From a bacterium (GTDB lineage Bacteria; Patescibacteriota; Microgenomatia; Daviesbacterales; UBA10151): a DNA stretch of 64,000 nt. This document shows positions 27,787-36,730 of the stretch, one piece after another. Numbering within the stretch: position 1 is the first letter of the stretch; every line of letters begins with the position of its first letter. The notes under the pieces were generated by a model. The model saw only the letters and a list, made by a program, of their open reading frames with translations, was not told the origin of the DNA and searched no databases. Made by a program: the position numbers and the translations under genes. The stretch spans positions 4,165 to 68,164 of the forward strand of contig JAJYIE010000001.1 of the NCBI GenBank assembly GCA_021790255.1, written 5' to 3'.

Positions 27787-27828
27787 ATCAGTCCATTATA
27801 TTCTTGACCAAGAATATAATGGACTGAT
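27787..27828. repeat. 42-bp palindrome (20-bp arms) related to the 12969 palindrome
   Basis: ATCAGTCCATTATATTCTTG-AC-CAAGAATATAATGGACTGAT; 29/32 identical to 12965-12996. Confidence 0.92.
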
Positions 27829-27859
27829 TCCTAAAATAGACTGTATAAATACCTGACAG

Positions 27860-28258
27860 TTATTTCCCGGAGCGGTAGTCGGCAATAGCCTTTTTTAAAG
27901 CCTCAGCAGACAAAACCGAGCAGTGGAATTTAATTGGAGGAAGTCCCCCAAGAGCTTCGGCAATAGCTTTTTCCGTCACTTTTTCCGCCTCGTCCAACCT
28001 TTTGCCTTTAACCAAAGTGGTGATCATGCTGGATGTAGCAATAGCTGCCCCACAGCCCAAAGTCTGAAACTTAATATCCTTAATATACTCCTGCCCGCCA
28101 TTTTTAATAATCTTCAAATACAGTTTCATCACATCCCCGCAATGCGGATTGCCCACCAAAGACTGCGCATTTGCATCAGCAATCTTCCCCATATTTTTTG
28201 GGTTTTTCATATGCTTTAAAACTTTCGGCGAATAAATCTTCTGAAAAATATCTTCCAT
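27860..28258 (-). CDS. iscU: Fe-S cluster scaffold, IscU/NifU type
   Basis: GNPHCGD, GCGAAIA, KFHCS. Confidence 0.93.
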   Translation of the reverse strand: MEDIFQKIYSPKVLKHMKNPKNMGKIADANAQSLVGNPHCGDVMKLYLKIIKNGGQEYIKDIKFQTLGCGAAIATSSMITTLVKGKRLDEAEKVTEKAIAEALGGLPPIKFHCSVLSAEALKKAIADYRSGK

Positions 28259-28261
28259 AGG

Positions 28262-29488
28262 CTAAATTGTTGCAAAAGCTCCTCTTAGCTCGGAAAGGTC
28301 AGGTGCCATCTCCCGCAACTTCTCCGTTGCCTCACGCAAAACTTTCAGCGTATAGCCGATCTCTTCTTCCGTAGTATCCTTACCCAAAGATACGCGCAGA
28401 GAACCGTGCGCGAGCTCTGCCGGAATGCCCACGGCAGAGAGGACATGGGAGGGAGTAAGGCTCTGGCTGGTACAAGCAGATCCTGTGGAAACAATCACCT
28501 TTTTATCAGATAAAAGCAGCTGCAAAGCTTCCCCTTCCACTCCTTCCACTATAAATGAAGCCAGGTGCGGTGCCCTGATTTTGGGGTGTCCTGTTAAACT
28601 GACCCCAGGAATTTCCAGCACTCCCTTGATCAGCTTATCTCTGAGCCTTTCCATCTCCTTTTGCCTTTTGATTTTTGATTTTTGACTTAACTCCACCGCT
28701 TTCCCCAACGCCACAATATACGGCACATTTTCCGTGCCAGAGCGCAATTTCCTCTCCTGGTCCCCTCCATCCAGTTGCCGAATCAGTGGAGTTCCCGTCT
28801 TGACAAAAAGTGCTCCCACCCCTTTTGGCGCATAAATTTTGTGCCCTGTAAACGAAAGCAGATCCACACCCAGCTTATCTGCACCACAGTCCAGATATTG
28901 GACAGCCTGCGTCGCGTCGGTATGAAAATAAATGTGTGGTTTGTTATGAGTTCGCTCGTGGTTGATAGCTTTCAACAACCGGCCGATCTGTGAAACCGGC
29001 TGAATTGTCCCCACCTCATTGTTTACATACATCACCGACACCAGCACCGTTTCCGGGCGTACTTCCTTTCGGACATCATATATGGAAACCATACCGTATT
29101 TATCTACCTGCAGGTAAGTAACCTTCGCCCGGCCCAAAGTTTCCAGGTGAGCACAAGTCTCGAGAACAGCCTTATGCTCCACAGTACTCGTAATAATATG
29201 CGGCCGCCTGCCGTTTTGAAACTGCGGCAGTAAAGCCTCAATCAGGCCTTTATGGGATAAATTTATTGATTCTGTTGCCGAACCGGTGAAAATTACCTCG
29301 GCATTTTTGCAACCCAACATCCCAGCCACTTGTTCCCGGGATTTTTCCACAGCTTCTTTCGCCTGCCGGCCTAACGAGTGTACTTCGGAAGGATTGCCGT
29401 ATTTTTGAGTAAAATAAGGCCGCATCGTCCGGAAAACCTGGGGATCAACCCTGGTGGTAGCAGCATTATCAAGATAAACCAGCTTCAT
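28262..29488 (-). CDS. iscS: Cysteine desulfurase
   Basis: YLDNAATT, HTDATQ, TGHKIYAPKG, STGSACTS. Confidence 0.95.
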   Translation of the reverse strand: MKLVYLDNAATTRVDPQVFRTMRPYFTQKYGNPSEVHSLGRQAKEAVEKSREQVAGMLGCKNAEVIFTGSATESINLSHKGLIEALLPQFQNGRRPHIITSTVEHKAVLETCAHLETLGRAKVTYLQVDKYGMVSIYDVRKEVRPETVLVSVMYVNNEVGTIQPVSQIGRLLKAINHERTHNKPHIYFHTDATQAVQYLDCGADKLGVDLLSFTGHKIYAPKGVGALFVKTGTPLIRQLDGGDQERKLRSGTENVPYIVALGKAVELSQKSKIKRQKEMERLRDKLIKGVLEIPGVSLTGHPKIRAPHLASFIVEGVEGEALQLLLSDKKVIVSTGSACTSQSLTPSHVLSAVGIPAELAHGSLRVSLGKDTTEEEIGYTLKVLREATEKLREMAPDLSELRGAFATI

Positions 29489-29501
29489 AATAAAGTTAAA
29501 T

Positions 29502-29765
29502 CTATGAAAACAGCTTACAAATATTTTCATCACATTTCGGGTGTAATTTATAAAAAACTTTCCGTCCTTCTTTGCGGGAAGTGACTATCCCCGAATCTTC
29601 CAGGTATTTTAAGTGGTGGGTGATGGTTGGTTGGGCGATCTGGAAATGTTTGGCAATTTCCATCACCGACATCTCGGGCTTTTCCTGGAGCAAACCGATA
29701 ATTTCAATCCGGGAACTGCAGGACAGCCCTGCAAAACATCCCGCACAACCAGAGTCCATTTTCAT
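29502..29765 (-). CDS. ArsR/SmtB-family regulator, Cys-rich
   Basis: SRIEII...QPTITHHLKYL...GRKVFY; five Cys at the termini. Confidence 0.9.
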   Translation of the reverse strand: MKMDSGCAGCFAGLSCSSRIEIIGLLQEKPEMSVMEIAKHFQIAQPTITHHLKYLEDSGIVTSRKEGRKVFYKLHPKCDENICKLFS

Positions 29766-29778
29766 AATTTGCAATGTA

Positions 29779-29810
29779 TTGACAATAATCTATATTTCAG
29801 TTATTGTCAA
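29779..29810. promoter_or_regulatory. Symmetric bidirectional promoter/operator
   Basis: TTGACAATAA-N12-TTATTGTCAA gives TTGACA-N17-TATTGT on both strands. Confidence 0.75.
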
Positions 29811-29896
29811 GCTGTTCAGTTTTCGGTTTTCGGATAATAGTCAGCTGAAAACCGGCAGACTAAATTCCGACAGCTGAGAATTGATAGCCCTAAGGT

Positions 29897-30646
29897 ATGC
29901 CCACTTTTTTTTCATCAATTGTGCTTGAAAATAAGAAACTCAACGATAAGTTCCACCATCTTCGCCTCCGTGCAGAAAACCCGGACTTTCAGTTTAAGAC
30001 CGGCCAATTTACTGTTCTCAAGATTGACAGTCTCACGTACCGCAGTTATTCCATTTCTTCAACTCCGCAAAAACTCCCTCTTTGGGAGATGTTTGTGGAT
30101 GTCACACCGCAGGGCCCCGGCACACGTTACCTGGAAAGCCTAAAACCCGGCCAGGCTATTGAAACCAGCAGACCTGCCGGCAATTTCATCATCACCCAAA
30201 AGGCTCCCAGGAATATTATTTTTGGTGCCACTGGATGTGGGATTGCCTCAATTAAACCCCTTATTGAACAACTCCTTACTCAACCCGCTTCGCCAGCCAA
30301 GCAGAACGAGCAGCCGGCAATCCACATCCAACTCTTCTGGGGCCTGCGGCATATCAAAGACATTGTCTGGCAGGAAAATTTCAAGCAGTGGGCTAAAGAC
30401 CATCCTAGTTTTCATTATCAGATATATCTTTCCCGCCCTGAGGGGCCGTGGGACGGTAAGACAGGCCATATAAATACCGGTCTGCTGACACTCACCAAAA
30501 CGCTGCTTCCACTTCAAACCGCAGTTTATCTTTGCGGCAGCCTGGAAATGATCACGGATATCACTGAGCAATTGTCGGTTGCGGGTTTCCCGGATAAGCA
30601 AATCTTTTTTGAGCATTACTTTGCTGGGAATAAAAACCGGACATAG
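29897..30646 (+). CDS. FAD/NAD(P)-binding ferredoxin reductase-like oxidoreductase
   Basis: RSYSISS, ATGCGIA, VYLCGS, IFFEHY. Confidence 0.9.
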   Translation: MPTFFSSIVLENKKLNDKFHHLRLRAENPDFQFKTGQFTVLKIDSLTYRSYSISSTPQKLPLWEMFVDVTPQGPGTRYLESLKPGQAIETSRPAGNFIITQKAPRNIIFGATGCGIASIKPLIEQLLTQPASPAKQNEQPAIHIQLFWGLRHIKDIVWQENFKQWAKDHPSFHYQIYLSRPEGPWDGKTGHINTGLLTLTKTLLPLQTAVYLCGSLEMITDITEQLSVAGFPDKQIFFEHYFAGNKNRT

Positions 30647-31724
30647 GCCAGTTTTCCCCAAAACCTTTAACCAGTGTTATCTTAATATTATTCGCCAACC
30701 TGCCCGATCTTCTCTTAGCTAAGCTGGTAGAGGTCCCCCTGACCAAACCTAAAGCATAGGACAAATGAGCAACTAAAAATAACAGCGGCAGGAAAAGCGC
30801 CAGGTAAAGCTTTCTCCTCCTTTTGGAAAAACCCGCAGCAGAAGCAAATGCGGCAGCAAAATAGACAAATATCGGCATTAAAACCAAGGCTGCATGGTAA
30901 AAAAACAGTAAAACAAAATACAAAAGCAAGCCCAGTGGTAACAGAAATAGTTTGCCTGTTCTAAACCCAGTTACCCGCAGGTTTTCCATCCGCCCCCGGC
31001 CGTAGTTGAAAAACATCTCCATGATTGTACTTAAAGATTCACGCCTTGGCCGGTTAACATAGATCCCCGGGTGATAAATCAAGCCATAGCCCTTTCTGCT
31101 CAGCCGGCTTAAAAACTCGTTTTCTTCATTCGGATAAAGTTCTTCACGAAACCCTCCCGACTCACTAAAGACTTTCCTTCGGACAGCCAGATTACATAAG
31201 ATCAGCTCCCTCTCGTCGGTAAAACGAAAACGGCCGGTGGGCCGAAACCTGCTGCTCATAACATAGTATGCAAAAAAAGATTCAAGGATAATCCCGCCTA
31301 TCGATGCCCAGAATGATTCCCGGCGGTTCCAGATACTCGGGCCTCCGACTACGGCAATCTTTTCTCGGGGCCGGCGGCTGGAAAAAAACACTTTCTCCAC
31401 CTGCTCACAAATCAAAGGAGGAAGTACGGAGAAAGTCCTCATCGGAGCCGGCCCACCCAAATCTTGACCCCCAAAGGCTGCTACAACACGGGTCAAAGAT
31501 TCCCGGGAAAGTTCAGAATCGTTATCCAAAAAATACAGAATCTGCCCGCGGGCAGATTTTGCCGCCTCGTTCCTTTGCCGAGAAGGGGATGAACCCTGAC
31601 AAATGATCACTTCTAAAAGCCGGGGGTCAAAATCCAGTCTGGTCAGAGATTTTAAAGAAGCTCCGGGAAACTCGGTAGGCCGGGCTGCAATAATAATACT
31701 GAATTTAGGCTGCTTGCTTTCCAT
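30561..31724 (-). CDS. Glycosyltransferase family 2 with C-terminal TM helices (start uncertain)
   Basis: FSIII, QRNEAA, FLDND, GGFRE..YPNEE, YGRGR. Confidence 0.88.
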   Translation of the reverse strand: MESKQPKFSIIIAARPTEFPGASLKSLTRLDFDPRLLEVIICQGSSPSRQRNEAAKSARGQILYFLDNDSELSRESLTRVVAAFGGQDLGGPAPMRTFSVLPPLICEQVEKVFFSSRRPREKIAVVGGPSIWNRRESFWASIGGIILESFFAYYVMSSRFRPTGRFRFTDERELILCNLAVRRKVFSESGGFREELYPNEENEFLSRLSRKGYGLIYHPGIYVNRPRRESLSTIMEMFFNYGRGRMENLRVTGFRTGKLFLLPLGLLLYFVLLFFYHAALVLMPIFVYFAAAFASAAGFSKRRRKLYLALFLPLLFLVAHLSYALGLVRGTSTSLAKRRSGRLANNIKITLVKGFGENWPMSGFYSQQSNAQKRFAYPGNPQPTIAQ

Positions 31725-32553
31725 ATTCGCCATGGTGCTTTCCCCAACCTGATCGGTATTTTTCTGCTTCAAAGTAGCATGAAACTCCATTCCTTCCAAC
31801 CCTTGAATCCACTTTCAGGACAAGTAAATCGGCCAGCCAGGCGTTAACCCACTCCGGTCTAAGGATTACCCATCTTTTAAATAACTTTTTTAAGAAATAT
31901 TGTAAGGCCGATACCGGCATCAGCAAATCCATCGTCACTACTACTTTTGGGTCAACGAACTCCGAAGCCTCTCTGACCCGGAAGTTGTTCTGCTCCAGAA
32001 GTTTTATCCAATACTTCTTAGGATAAAGCTCCTGCTGCCAAAGGCGGTTTTTCCAGTTAATATAGGCACTGCCCGCTTTGGAAAATCCCATCGCACGCAG
32101 GCTGTTTCCCAAAACATAGTGCTGTTTGGTCCGTTCGTTAGGTACGGTAAACATTAACTTGCCGCCCCTTTTTAATACCCTGTTGATCTCAGAAAAAACC
32201 CGGTCATGGTCCGGGAGATGCTCAAAGACGCTATTGGAAATCACGGTAGAAAAACTGTCTCCGGCGAAAGGCATCCGACCGGCTTCGCCTACAACAACTT
32301 TTTTATAAGCACCTCGCCGGCGGGCCAACTTTATTTCGGCGCTGTTGAAGTCTAAACCGGTATCAATTCCCTTCTTTCCAAAGCACGCGGCAGCAAAAAC
32401 ACCGTCACCACAACCGATGTCCAGTATTGGTGGTTCCAATTTTTTACCGGCAAAGGCTATTGCTTCACAACTCCTGGCCAGGGCGTGAGCTACCGGTAAA
32501 TCTTTCAGAAAAACTTTCAGAATTTCTTTTTCGTCCGCTGTCTTACGTGCCAT
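31705..32553 (-). CDS. Class I SAM-dependent methyltransferase
   Basis: ILDIGCGDG, SNSVFEH, RVLKRGG. Confidence 0.9.
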   Translation of the reverse strand: MARKTADEKEILKVFLKDLPVAHALARSCEAIAFAGKKLEPPILDIGCGDGVFAAACFGKKGIDTGLDFNSAEIKLARRRGAYKKVVVGEAGRMPFAGDSFSTVISNSVFEHLPDHDRVFSEINRVLKRGGKLMFTVPNERTKQHYVLGNSLRAMGFSKAGSAYINWKNRLWQQELYPKKYWIKLLEQNNFRVREASEFVDPKVVVTMDLLMPVSALQYFLKKLFKRWVILRPEWVNAWLADLLVLKVDSRVGRNGVSCYFEAEKYRSGWGKHHGEYGKQAA

Positions 32554-32658
32554 AATCAAAAAAATTTTTTAGCAAGAGCTTTAAGATGATAAAGTTGCTA
32601 CAACCTTCGGTTATAAATTGTTATAATTCCAACAGCCAATAAATACAAGGTGGCAAAT

Positions 32659-33693
32659 ATGTCCCACAAGCTCACTTATCTGGTTATATCTTTGACACAC
32701 CGGTGCAATTCCCGCTGTCAGGCTTGTCTTGAGTGGCAAATGCCGGCCCCCGATAAAAACAGAGAACTTTCGGCCGGACAATACCGGCAAGTATTTCAAA
32801 GCTGGAAAGACACTATTCCCTACTTATCATTTGTCGGCGGGGAGGCTTTCCTGCGGGAAGACCTGGCAGAAATTGTGATTACCGCTGCAAAAAATTTACA
32901 CCCGAAGAATATCAACCTGGCCACAAACGGGCTTCTGCCTGAAAAAATTGTGAGCGACACTAAAACTATCTTGTCAAAGATCCCTTTCTCCACCATCCTC
33001 ACAATTAATTTATCTATTGACGGAGTTCGGCATGTCCACGATTTCAGCCGGGGAGAAAAGGGGTTTTTTGCTAAACTATTTTCGACTTATCATGGTCTGA
33101 AGCCGCTCCAAAAAGATTTCCCAAATTTACGCATCGCCTTCCACAGTGGTTTATCTGTTTATAATAACACCCGCCTTCCGGCACTATTTCGCCTCCTGGA
33201 AAGCCTTAAACCGGATAGCTATATACTGGAACCTGCTGCCGACAGAGATGAACTGCTGGAAAAGATGCGCAAGGTGCAAATAGATGCAACCAGCTGGCAA
33301 AATATAATACAAAAACACAAAAAAGCCCTTTGGGACTTAAACGGCAAGGTAAGCCTGCCTTATCATTTGGCTCGTTTCGGCTATTATCCCTTTTCCGCGG
33401 AAGTTTTAAAAAAGTTCGACCAGGTTATCCCCTGTCAGGCCGGCAGGAAAGCTCTTTTTATTGACCAGGCAGGAAATGTCAAAGCCTGCGAAAACCGTCC
33501 TACAATTGCAGGTCTCCCTCAGTTTAAATACAACCTAAAGAAAATTTTCCACTCCAATACCACTAAGGCTGAGCAGCAAAAGATTGCCGTCCGAGAGTGT
33601 TTTTGCCACAGCAGTTACCACTATTATATCAGTATCGAAAGCAGGCCCTGGTATTTGGTAAAATTACTGCTGAAAATGCTCATGGACAGATGA
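32659..33693 (+). CDS. Radical SAM protein with SPASM/twitch-like C-terminal cysteines
   Basis: CNSRCQAC, GGEAFLR, CQAG...GNVKACE...CFC. Confidence 0.92.
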   Translation: MSHKLTYLVISLTHRCNSRCQACLEWQMPAPDKNRELSAGQYRQVFQSWKDTIPYLSFVGGEAFLREDLAEIVITAAKNLHPKNINLATNGLLPEKIVSDTKTILSKIPFSTILTINLSIDGVRHVHDFSRGEKGFFAKLFSTYHGLKPLQKDFPNLRIAFHSGLSVYNNTRLPALFRLLESLKPDSYILEPAADRDELLEKMRKVQIDATSWQNIIQKHKKALWDLNGKVSLPYHLARFGYYPFSAEVLKKFDQVIPCQAGRKALFIDQAGNVKACENRPTIAGLPQFKYNLKKIFHSNTTKAEQQKIAVRECFCHSSYHYYISIESRPWYLVKLLLKMLMDR

Positions 33694-35093
33694 CTGATGT
33701 TTTGCTAATCAACCCTTACGCCAAATCCACTACCTGGGCCTCCGGTTACCGGGTTATGCCCTTGGGGCTTTCCTATATAGCCTCTTTTTTGGAGCAATCA
33801 GGTGTTATTGTTAAAGCGCTTGATTTAAACATTAACCATCTCTCCTCCCAGGAGCTGAAAAAAATCATCTTGCGGGATAAGCCACGCCTGGTCGGGATAA
33901 CTGCGACCACCCCTATGGTTAAAAGCAGCTGGCAGCTTGCCGAACTGATCAAGGAAACAATTGACACAAAAATTGTTCTGGGGGGGCCGCATCCCTCTGC
34001 CTTACCGGAAGAGTCGGCTTCGTTGCCCCAAATTGACTTTGTTGTCAACCACGAAGGTGAAGAAACTATGGCAGAGCTTACAAAAGCAATTTTTAACCAC
34101 CAGCCAACCACACAAATCCCAGGGATAAGCTACAAAAAAGGGCAGCAAGTGATAAACAACCTGCCCCGCCCTTATATTAAAAACCTGGACAGCCTGCCTT
34201 TTCCGGCCCGCCACCTTTTCCCTGTCAAAAAATACCGTCCCTCCCAACCACTTTTATCGATGCGCTACCCCGCTGCGCACATTTTGACCTCCCGTGGATG
34301 TCCATATGGCTGCAACTTTTGTTATAAGGGTGTTTTCGGCAGAACTTACCGGACCCGTTCCGTAGAAAGTGTGTTAAATGAGTGGGAAATATTGGTTAAA
34401 AAATATAAGGTCAAAGAGATTGAGATTGTTGACGATAATTTTGCCCTTGATGTCTCGCGGGCAATTAAGATCTGCGAGGGAATTATCCGCCGGAAGTTGG
34501 TCGTTCCCTGGGCAACCTACTCCGGAATCAGGGTTGATCATCCTCATTCCGGGGAACTAATTAAGCTGATGAAAAAAGCCGGCTGCTACCGGATCGCTTT
34601 TGGGGTAGAATCCGGGTCGGACAAAGTTTTATCCCGCATTGAGAAAAAAATCAGCACCCGCCAAGTGCAAAAAGCTGTTGCTACTGCGAAAGAGGCAGGA
34701 TTTTTAACTATGGCATATTGTATGGTCGGCAATATTGGCGAAGACAGACAAACCATGCAGCAGACAGTTGATTTTGCCAAAAACTTAGGCTGCGACTTTG
34801 CCCAGTTTACCGTCAGTACCCCCTTCCCCGGTACCGCACTTTATAGGCAAGTGCTCGAAGAAGGCAGGCTTCTGATAACCGATTGGGACCGGTTTGATAA
34901 CATGGGCGGCAAAGCTTTTTTTGAAATCGGCAGTGTCAGGAAAGATGATGTAGAACAGATGCGGAGCAAGGCTTATTGGCAGTTTTACACTCAGCCGCGG
35001 GTTTTGTTAACTCTGGGGCGAAAAATGGTTGAAAATCCCAGGATGATACAATTTTTCCTGCCAAAACTGCTGTCTGCTATCAAAAGGTCATGA
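33690..35093 (+). CDS. B12-binding radical SAM protein
   Basis: PLGLSYIA, GGPHPS, SRGCPYGCNFC, GVESGS; ATGA overlap places the start at 33690. Confidence 0.93.
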   Translation: MTDVLLINPYAKSTTWASGYRVMPLGLSYIASFLEQSGVIVKALDLNINHLSSQELKKIILRDKPRLVGITATTPMVKSSWQLAELIKETIDTKIVLGGPHPSALPEESASLPQIDFVVNHEGEETMAELTKAIFNHQPTTQIPGISYKKGQQVINNLPRPYIKNLDSLPFPARHLFPVKKYRPSQPLLSMRYPAAHILTSRGCPYGCNFCYKGVFGRTYRTRSVESVLNEWEILVKKYKVKEIEIVDDNFALDVSRAIKICEGIIRRKLVVPWATYSGIRVDHPHSGELIKLMKKAGCYRIAFGVESGSDKVLSRIEKKISTRQVQKAVATAKEAGFLTMAYCMVGNIGEDRQTMQQTVDFAKNLGCDFAQFTVSTPFPGTALYRQVLEEGRLLITDWDRFDNMGGKAFFEIGSVRKDDVEQMRSKAYWQFYTQPRVLLTLGRKMVENPRMIQFFLPKLLSAIKRS

Positions 35094-36112
35094 AAATTTT
35101 TTTAACCGGCGCTACCGGTTTTATCGGTACTCACCTGGCAGATGCCCTCATTGGCAAGGGCTATGAAGTCTGCTGTCTGGTCAAAAGTCCGGGTCAGGCA
35201 AAGAATCTAAAGCAAAAAGGGTGTCACACCATAACAGGGGACCTTACCGATATTCACCTGGGCAGGAAAATTTCTCCCGAACTAACAAATACCGACCTGG
35301 TCATTCACCTGGCAGCACTTTTTGCCGAATGGGGGCCTTCAAAAGGGGACTACCAGGAAGTGAACGTCGAAGGTACAACCAGGCTGCTGCAAGCCAGCTG
35401 GGAAAACCGGGTAGAGCATTTTATTTTAATCAGTACGGCTCATGTTTTAGGCAACCCTCCAAACCATACACCCGCTGCGGAAACAGACACACCTCATCCG
35501 GATTCAGGCTATGCCCATTCCAAACTAGCTGCAGAAAAAAAGGCAGTGGCTTATTTTAATAAAGGGCTGCCGGTCACAATCCTTCGGCCGACGTTCGTTT
35601 ACGGCCCCGGGGACAGCCGCGGAGCGTTCTTCCGTTTTTTTCAAAGGATTAAAAACGGCCGGGTAATCATTGTCGGATCCGGCCGAAATTTTTTCCAGCC
35701 GCTTTTTGTCGAAGACCTGGTTGCTGCCATCCTTGCTGCTGCCAAAAAGCCCGGCCGCGGTGAAATTTATCTTATTGCCGGCAGGCAGCAGATCAGGCTG
35801 CAACAACTGCTGAAGCTTCTGGCAAAGTCCCTGAAAGTCCGCAATCCCAAAATTATCAGGCTTCCGTATTTACTCAGTTTAGCTGTCAGTTATCCTGCAA
35901 GCACACTGTTTACCTTGGGCAGAATGCTTCATCTGCCGATTCTAAGAGATGAACCATTTCTGGAGCCGCGTAAAGTGAAATTCAGTACCGGTAGCTTCAC
36001 TTATAAAATAACCAGGGCGGAAACAGATTTGGGATATCGTCCTCGCCACAACCTCAAGATTGGACTCAGGGAAACTGCTGAAAGTTTAGAAAAATCATTT
36101 CCTCTTCTCTAA
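35090..36112 (+). CDS. NAD-dependent epimerase/dehydratase (extended SDR)
   Basis: TGATGFIG, YAHSK, RPTFVYGPG. Confidence 0.92.
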   Translation: MKIFLTGATGFIGTHLADALIGKGYEVCCLVKSPGQAKNLKQKGCHTITGDLTDIHLGRKISPELTNTDLVIHLAALFAEWGPSKGDYQEVNVEGTTRLLQASWENRVEHFILISTAHVLGNPPNHTPAAETDTPHPDSGYAHSKLAAEKKAVAYFNKGLPVTILRPTFVYGPGDSRGAFFRFFQRIKNGRVIIVGSGRNFFQPLFVEDLVAAILAAAKKPGRGEIYLIAGRQQIRLQQLLKLLAKSLKVRNPKIIRLPYLLSLAVSYPASTLFTLGRMLHLPILRDEPFLEPRKVKFSTGSFTYKITRAETDLGYRPRHNLKIGLRETAESLEKSFPLL

Positions 36113-36730
36113 CCTCAACAGCAAATCTGCAGGGAAGATTGCGGAAAGAAGACAATTTAAATTTTTCCCAAGCCGCCCGATAGAGTTTGTAAAAACCATC
36201 TCCTCGATAGTAAAATCCCGGCTCACCAGGCTAATGAGTTGTCCCCGGCTCAGTTCCGCCAGATGAGAAGGATCATGAATCATGATTTTTTTGTACAAAC
36301 TGTGTTTATCAGGAGTAGAGATAATCAGGATCCCTTTATCTTTTAACACCCGGCCTGCTTCCCGCAAAAGTTTGGGCTGCTCACCGGAGCTGACATGTTC
36401 AATGAGATTGATCATAAAAATAGTATCAAATGATTTATCCCTAAAAGGCAGACGGTTATTTTTAAGTAGGATAAATTTAAGATTAGGATAAAGAGCGTGG
36501 GCACCTTTAACGGCTACTTCTGAGGTATCCACCCCGAAGCCTTTTGCTCCCGTGCAAAAACAACTCCAATGCAGCAGATAGCCTAAACCACAACCGATAT
36601 CTAAGATCTTTGCCGGGCGCTTAAGGTCTAACCACTGCCCGATTTTGGCAAAAAGCGGCACATCGCCCAGGTTAATCTTTAAATAATGGTCATAGCGGCG
36701 AAAATAGATTTCATTGTAATGATCATTCAT
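36095..36730 (-). CDS. Class I SAM-dependent methyltransferase
   Basis: ILDIGCGLG, LPFRDKSFD, IEHV, ISTP. Confidence 0.9.
   Translation of the reverse strand: MNDHYNEIYFRRYDHYLKINLGDVPLFAKIGQWLDLKRPAKILDIGCGLGYLLHWSCFCTGAKGFGVDTSEVAVKGAHALYPNLKFILLKNNRLPFRDKSFDTIFMINLIEHVSSGEQPKLLREAGRVLKDKGILIISTPDKHSLYKKIMIHDPSHLAELSRGQLISLVSRDFTIEEMVFTNSIGRLGKNLNCLLSAIFPADLLLRLEKRK

Noticed and set aside
27714-27788. Small minus-strand ORF (MLPAQAYLK..., ~21 aa) starting at the orphan palindrome
   Set aside because: Very short, no recognisable features; expected by chance
32659-33693. RiPP maturase system
   Set aside because: No plausible precursor peptide, RRE domain, peptidase or exporter nearby
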